A model generated the notes under the pieces. The model was given only the letters and a program-made list of their open reading frames with translations, searched no databases and had not been told where the DNA came from. A program made the position numbers and the translations under genes. Of a stretch of 64,000 nucleotides of DNA, positions 57,601 through 64,000 are shown piece by piece; positions within the stretch are counted from its first letter, which is position 1, and the number at the start of each line of letters is the position of its first letter. The stretch is from Eledone cirrhosa (Eukaryota): NCBI GenBank assembly GCA_964016885.1, contig OZ024747.1, positions 7,316,001 to 7,380,000 of the forward strand, in the 5' to 3' direction.

Positions 57601-58026
57601 TTAGCCTTTTAGCATTTAAACCGGCCATATCCGGCCAGAATTCTCTCACCCCTTTCTTTTCAAACTGGTCATAACCAGCCACTCATACCGACATTAAGGT
57701 ATTGTTCTCAAAATAAATATCAAAATCTCATAGATTCGATATTATGTCAGATAAAGCCTTTTCTGTGAAAATACAATAGTAAATATAGAGTAATGTGAAT
57801 GTTAAAAAGTTAATGCTAAGTTACATGTATATTTACTATTGTATTTTCACAGAAAAGGCTGTATCTCACATAATTATGTCATAATATCGAATCTATGAGA
57901 TTTTGACATTATTTATTTTGAGAATAATACCTTAACATCATGTTTGAATGGCTGGTTACGACCGGTTTGAACAGAACGGGGTGGAGAGAATTCTGGATAG
58001 GGCCAGTTTAAATACTAAAGGGTTAA
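57601..58026. mobile_element. Two adjacent, oppositely oriented copies of the 18701-type piggyBac MITE
   Basis: 57601-57813 is the reverse complement and about 57820-58026 the forward copy of 18701-18921; the right end reads AATACTAAAGGG|TTAA. Confidence 0.75.
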
Positions 58027-59794
58027 ATCTAATATCCAACACATGCTTCAATAGCATTCATATCTAGTCTCAAAGTTAGAGGAATCACATTCTATTTTAC
58101 ATATTCAGTTAATACAGTGTTATGTTATAGTTATTGTTGTTAGGGAGCTTCAAAGCATTTAATAAATATTTCAGCTTTCTCATTGGGACACTGTCACAAT
58201 ATTTGAGGGCTCAAAACATTTGCTCGAATGTAGAGATTCTTGAATAAGATTTCATTTTTCCATTTTGCAGGCCTAATGACTACACCAGCACGTTTTCTAT
58301 TACAAAATGCTGTTTGATACAAGTTGGGCATTTTTCATACAAATTGTTTTCTGTTTAATTTGTCACTTGAAAGATTTTTTTGATTTTTTACTTAATAGAA
58401 CCAACATATTATCTAGTAGCAACAAAACTTTAAACACTTTGTAACAATACAATTGATCATGACTTCTAAGTTGTTGTCTACTGTTATGACTTATATCTTT
58501 GTATTCACATGAGCTACTTAAAATAGGAGCCAAATCTTTTTTTTCAATTCACACACTACCATCTTGAAAAAAAAAAGGAAGAACATAGTAGATAATTTAG
58601 CACCAGATATATTATATCTTAATAAAAGCTGTAGTGCCTTTAATAATAGGTTTACTGGAGTTACAATAACTTGTAAAGGCAGAATGTTGTAGTAATTACC
58701 AATGTATATATAAAGTATTATATTATTATATATATTATCATCATCATCATTTAACATACATTTTCCATACCTGCATGTGTTAGACGAGTTGTCACGAGAC
58801 AAATCAGGTCCAGACACCTTGTATGCTCATATAGATCTGTAATTTGGCTTGGTTTCTATGGTTGGATGCACTTAATAATAATAATGAAATTATTGTGTAC
58901 AGTGCTCAGGTGCACTACAACTCATCAAAGGTGCATGTATAGTACATAGAATAATGTACAAATGTCAGGAAAATGAACAGTGTATGAGTCATGATATAAT
59001 AATAATAACAATAATGAAATATTGTGTACAGTGCCCTAACACCAACCACATTACAGTATGGACTGGGTGCTTTTTATCATGGCACCAAAATGACCACTAT
59101 ACAGGGTGAGCTGGGCGCTTTTTGCAATGTCACCAGCATGACCACTTTTGGCATTGAAACGTTACAGGGTAAACTCGGTGCTTTTTGCCATGTCAACACA
59201 TCTAGAAGAAACGTCCCCACCTTATAATTGTCTTTTCATTTAATAATACATGTGAATGTGTTTTAAAAGTTATTTCATTGCTTAAAATGAAACTCATGAT
59301 TCTATTTGTGATTTCTAGAGCATTAGTTATTGGCTTTGTTTGATAATCAATCACAATTCTTGATCATGTTCTGTATTTAAATCTTACCTAGCTCAAAGAT
59401 TGAATTGTTTCATTAGCCTCTCTAAGTTTATCAAATAAGTATCACCAAATATTGGAGTCAGTGTAATCAATATATATTTCAATTGATTTTCAATGTAATC
59501 AAGATTTTGGAGGAGTTTAGTAACCTCGACGGCATTAGCTATGCCATGCATGGAAAGCCATTTCTGCAAGAGATATAGAAAATAAATAGCGCTGACCATC
59601 ACTGCCCATGTTATGAGAAAAGCATTATCAATTTAAACACTTGGCAAAGACATTTGCTGTTGTGTTTATGTCCTTATAGTATCATTTGGGTACCAGTTGA
59701 TTGTTAAATATGTATTACCAAATTTTGCCTTAAGCACCAGGTTGACAATTGGCAAGATATGAATGAAGTTCCTCATAATAATAATAATGATAAT

Positions 59795-61240
59795 AATGGT
59801 TTCTGATTTAGGCACAAGGCCAACAATTTTGGTGAAGGGAAAATCAGTTAAATTGACGCCCAGTGCATTACTGATACTTTATTTTATCAACTCCGTAAGG
59901 GTGACCTGCAAAACTAACCTCGGCAGGATTTGAACTCAGAATGTAAAAGGATGTAACTATATCCCACAAAGCATGTCGTCCAACACTCTACCAATTCTAC
60001 CATCCCACCACCCTATTATAATAATTGTTTCTACTTTTGGCACAAAGCCAGCAATTATCCCAGTGCATTACTGGTACTTTATCCTGTAAGGATGAAAGGC
60101 AAAGTTAACCTCGGCGGGATTTGAACTCAGATCATAAAGGGGCATAACTCTGTGCTGCAAAGCATGTCGTCCGACCCTCTACTGATACTGCCAGTTCACT
60201 GCCCTTGGTTTACTTGGTTGTGCTACTGAATTAAAAGTATCTATTGAAGCATGAACTGTAAATAGCATGGCTACTTTATATCACCATTGCCATGCTTTGC
60301 AGCAAAGAGTTCAAATCCCGCTGAGTTTAACTTTGCCTTTCATCCTTATGGGGTCGATAAAATAAAGTACCAGTAATGTACTGGAATAATTGCTGGCCTT
60401 GTGCCAAAAGTAGAAACAATTATTATTACTAGCAGAAAACCAACTAACATGTGTAGTGTCATCATCATCATCATCATCGTTTAACGCCCATCTTCCACGC
60501 TTGCATGGGTTTGGACAGGAGTTTTCCCACTTGAGGCAAGATTGGTTGTCCTGCTCGTATAGTGTGTATATTGATATTATACACAAGTATATATACATGT
60601 AGATATGATACATCAAATAACATCGTAATTGACAATATATAATACATAGAAATTGAACAAAGACTCTGTTACACTGTCTTATTTAATCAGTAACGTAATC
60701 CATGATACATTAAAAAAAAGACGATATTATATATAAACTGCATTAGGAGAAAATTAGTGACGGAAATATATGAAAATTTTAAAGAAGTGAATCTTTAAAT
60801 AAACAATAAAATATATTTAATCAACACGAAATTTAGTAGATAAATTATGTAATATTCATTCATTATTATTTATTCAAGGTAATCCAACTTATTTTACTAA
60901 CGGGATAAAAAATTATATTCTAGATACAGTCCCACACTCCTTACTTTAGATAATAATTGTTTCTACTTTTGGCACAAGGCCAGCAATTATCCCAGTGTAT
61001 TACTGGTACTTTTTTTATTGACCCTGTAAGGATGAAAGGCAAATTTAACCTCGGCGAGATTTGAAATCAGATCATAAAGGGACATAACTCTATGCTGCAA
61101 AGCATAACGTCCGACCCTCTACCGTTACTGACAATAGTTTAGATAATAATTGTTTCTACTTTTGGCACAAAGCCAGCAATTACCCAGTGCATTACTGGTA
61201 CTTTATTTTATCGCCCCCGTAGGGATAAAAGGCAAAGTTA
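59795..61240. mobile_element. Cluster of five copies of the dominant tRNA-derived SINE (59795-60013 -, 60020-60204 -, 60304-60424 +, 60953-61131 -, 61145-61240 -)
   Basis: sense consensus has A/B-box-like TGGCAGTATC.GTAGAG ... GAGTTCAAATCC, core GCCTTTCATCCTTACGGGGTCGATAAAATAAAGTACCAG and tail GTGCCAAAAGTAGAAACAATTAT. Confidence 0.85.
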
Positions 61241-61791
61241 GATGATATAAAGTAGCCATACTAGTTATTACATGCTTCAATAGCACAACCAACTAAGTAA
61301 ACATAGAGCATAATCAATAGAGCAGAAACTCTTCACAAACAACAACCAATAAAATAATATACTCCCCACAGTGTCAACCTATATGACATAATATCTATAG
61401 TGCATATTAAACACAATCACTAGGCAATAACAATAACACAACCTACATGGCATTTCTTTTCTATATAACAAACAAATAAACGTGACATTAAACTAACTCC
61501 AGAAATATGTAATTCACAGTAACTGAAATATACAAACACCATCCCATACAGCCAATAAAAAATTCAATACTGTATTTACTTTGCAAACAGGGAGATGAAG
61601 CTGGTGATGCAGAAGGTTGTATGAAACTGTTGTCTGAGATATCACCATAGACAGTAATCAAAGCTAATAGACCAGATAATGTTGGTAAGGACCATCAGGA
61701 AAAGAGGTGTTAACTGACTGGAGTTTGTTGTCAAGGACCATCAGTAAAGGAAATGTGATAATGTATCTCTAATAATATATCTATATATGTA

Positions 61792-61861
<70 letters not shown>

Positions 61862-61983
61862 TGTGTATCTAAAAGGTAAACAGAAATAACAACACAATCG
61901 GTACAGTATGTGGTCGGGATATATAAGGTTAACGCTTGATATGACAGGAAGAGGGTCTTAACGTTTCGGACGCCAGTCCTTCA

Positions 61984-62017
<34 letters not shown>

Positions 62018-62019
62018 CA

Positions 62020-63580
62020 CATCATCATCATCATCACTATTTAATATCCATTTTTCTATGGTAGCATGGGTTAGAGGAGTTGTCGCATTGTGAGACAAGC
62101 CAGATCAGATGACCAGGTTCTGCTCATACAAAACTGATTTTGGCTTGGTTTCTATGGCTGAATGCCAACCACATTTATAGTGTGGACTAGGCGCTTTTTG
62201 TCATGGCATCTACATGACCACATGTACAGTGTGGACTGGGCGCTTTTTGTCATGTCACCAACATGACCACTTTACAGTGGAAAGTTAAACAAAGCATTGG
62301 AAGGACCCTTCAGTGGTGTCAAGGATACGACAGCCTCCCTAGTGTTGGTGTTTATCTACATGATAAACACACCCAGTACATGCTGTAAAGTGGTTAGTGA
62401 TAGGTAGGTCATCCAGCCATAGTATTCTTGCCAAACAAAATGGTCATGAGGAGCCTCAGTTGTGTCAAAGACATGACAACCTCTCTTGTGTACTCAGTAG
62501 AGTATCGACCATACATAAAGCGGGACACAGAACCTTCGCATAAGTCCACACTGTAATGTGGTCGTGTAGGTAACATGCTAAAAAGCTCCCAGTCCACACT
62601 GTAAATATGGTTGGTGTTAGGAAGGGCATCCAGCCGTAGAAAACTGCCAGATAGTCCTATACGAGCGAGACACAGTCACCCAACCAATCATGCCTCAAAT
62701 GGGACAATTCCCGTCTAACCCATGCTAGCGTGGAAGATAGACGTTATATATATATGATGATGATGATGATGATGATACATACATATATACACATATACAT
62801 ATATAGTTAAAGAAATGAGAACCCACACACAAGAATGCAATAACATAGTCTTATTAGTATCAGTTTTAGGAGAAAGTAGAGATTAGTTCAGTGTTTAAGT
62901 AAATTGGGCATGGTAGACGAGTGGTCCAGCTTTCAGGAGTGGAGGTAGTCAGTCCAGATGTAGTTATGTGTGTGTCGATAGGGGGGATTGCATAGGCGCT
63001 CATTACTGCTTCTGTGTGTGTGTGTACATGTGCGTGTCTCGGAGTCTTTCTATTACTTTTTTGTAAGAGTGTGTGTATATGTCTATGTCGGTGTGTGTAT
63101 ATGTGTATTTCGACGCGTGTGTCTGTGACTTTTTTTTTTGGTTTGTATGTGCATGAGTGTGTACGTAGGTTTGTGTACATGTATATTTTCACATGTGTCA
63201 GAATTCTTTGGTGTTTTATGTGTGTGAGCATGTTTTGTGTGTATGTTTATGTATGGGCATGCTTGTGTGTGAGCGTGTGTATGTGAATATACACATATAT
63301 GTCCAAATGATATACACACACACACATATATCATCATCATCATCGTTTAACGTCCGTTTTCCTCGCTAGCATGGGTTAGACGGGAATTGTCCCATTTGAG
63401 GCAAGATTGGTCGGGTGACCGTGTCTCGCTCGTATAGGACTATCTGGCTGGTTTTCTACGGCTGGATGCCCTTCCTAACACCAACCACATTTACAGTGTG
63501 GAACTGGGAACTTTTTACCGTGATACCTAAATGGCCACATTACAGCGGGGACTGTGTGTGTTTTTTGTCGTGACACCTAC
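62020..63580. repeat. Cluster of RTE 3'-UTR-related non-autonomous fragments (62020-62280 -, 62540-62775 +, 63330-63580 -); others at 52340-52535, 58740-58870, 60460-60560
   Basis: GGTGTTAGGAAGGGCATCCAGC..., CCCGTCTAACCCATGCTAGCG.GGAA...(GAT)n shared with 56280-56449. Confidence 0.75.
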
Positions 63581-64000
63581 ACGATCTCGATCTCATTTTC
63601 TTGTGCTGTTGGTGGGAGTGGGAGGATAGGGTAGGGGTAGTAGATTGGGGTGTATATTTGGTTAAGAGGTGCCTACTGACATATGTATATGTGTGTGTGT
63701 ATATCATTTGGACATATATGTGTATATTCACATACACACGCTCAAACACAAGCATGCCCATACATATATATGTGTGTGTGTGTGTGTATCCTCCACCTTC
63801 TAAAGATACCTTTTCTTGCCAACGTCCTCTGGTCTACTTTCATACACATTCCTTAGAATTTGCGTTGTAGATTTCACCTTCTACGCTTGACCGGCTCTAC
63901 CCACTCCCCTATCGTTCTACAAGCAAGTTCAGCCATCCCCACCGTTATGGTGCGTTATGGTCCATCTGGTTCCTTACCACAACTCCTCCGTTATATATAT

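Noticed and set aside
59393-59750. Possible decayed transposase on the minus strand
   Set aside because: No diagnostic motif recognised with confidence

Overview
Eukaryotic, AT-rich, microsatellite-laden genomic DNA; the repeat content looks like an octopod cephalopod (inferred, not verified). One host gene is well supported: DDRGK1/UFBP1 on the minus strand (8 coding exons, 37502->32270, 326 aa, all GT-AG introns with matching phases). The rest is mostly mobile-element debris: a 5'-truncated Tx1/L1-clade LINE within (GATA)n, RTE LINEs (one with a PHD-type finger inside the RT), a CRE-clade fragment with an internal inversion, CR1/L2 3' ends, decayed Tigger and Transib/RAG1-like transposases, piggyBac- and hAT-type MITEs, and many tRNA-derived SINEs. 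The most interesting signal is missed by the ORF track. Short non-coding units between (TA)n tracts, from several unrelated sequence families, carry minimal type-I hammerhead ribozyme motifs (CUGANGA / stem II / GAAA / palindromic stem III / UH / stem I). Many also share one architecture: an inverted copy starting at a family-fixed position, the forward copy, a unique 3' tail and (TA)n. This fits Penelope-like-element (PLE) pLTR or retrozyme-like retroposons that target (TA)n. Nearly all long ORFs in the track are translations of microsatellites. All family assignments come from motif recognition by eye; no searches were run.
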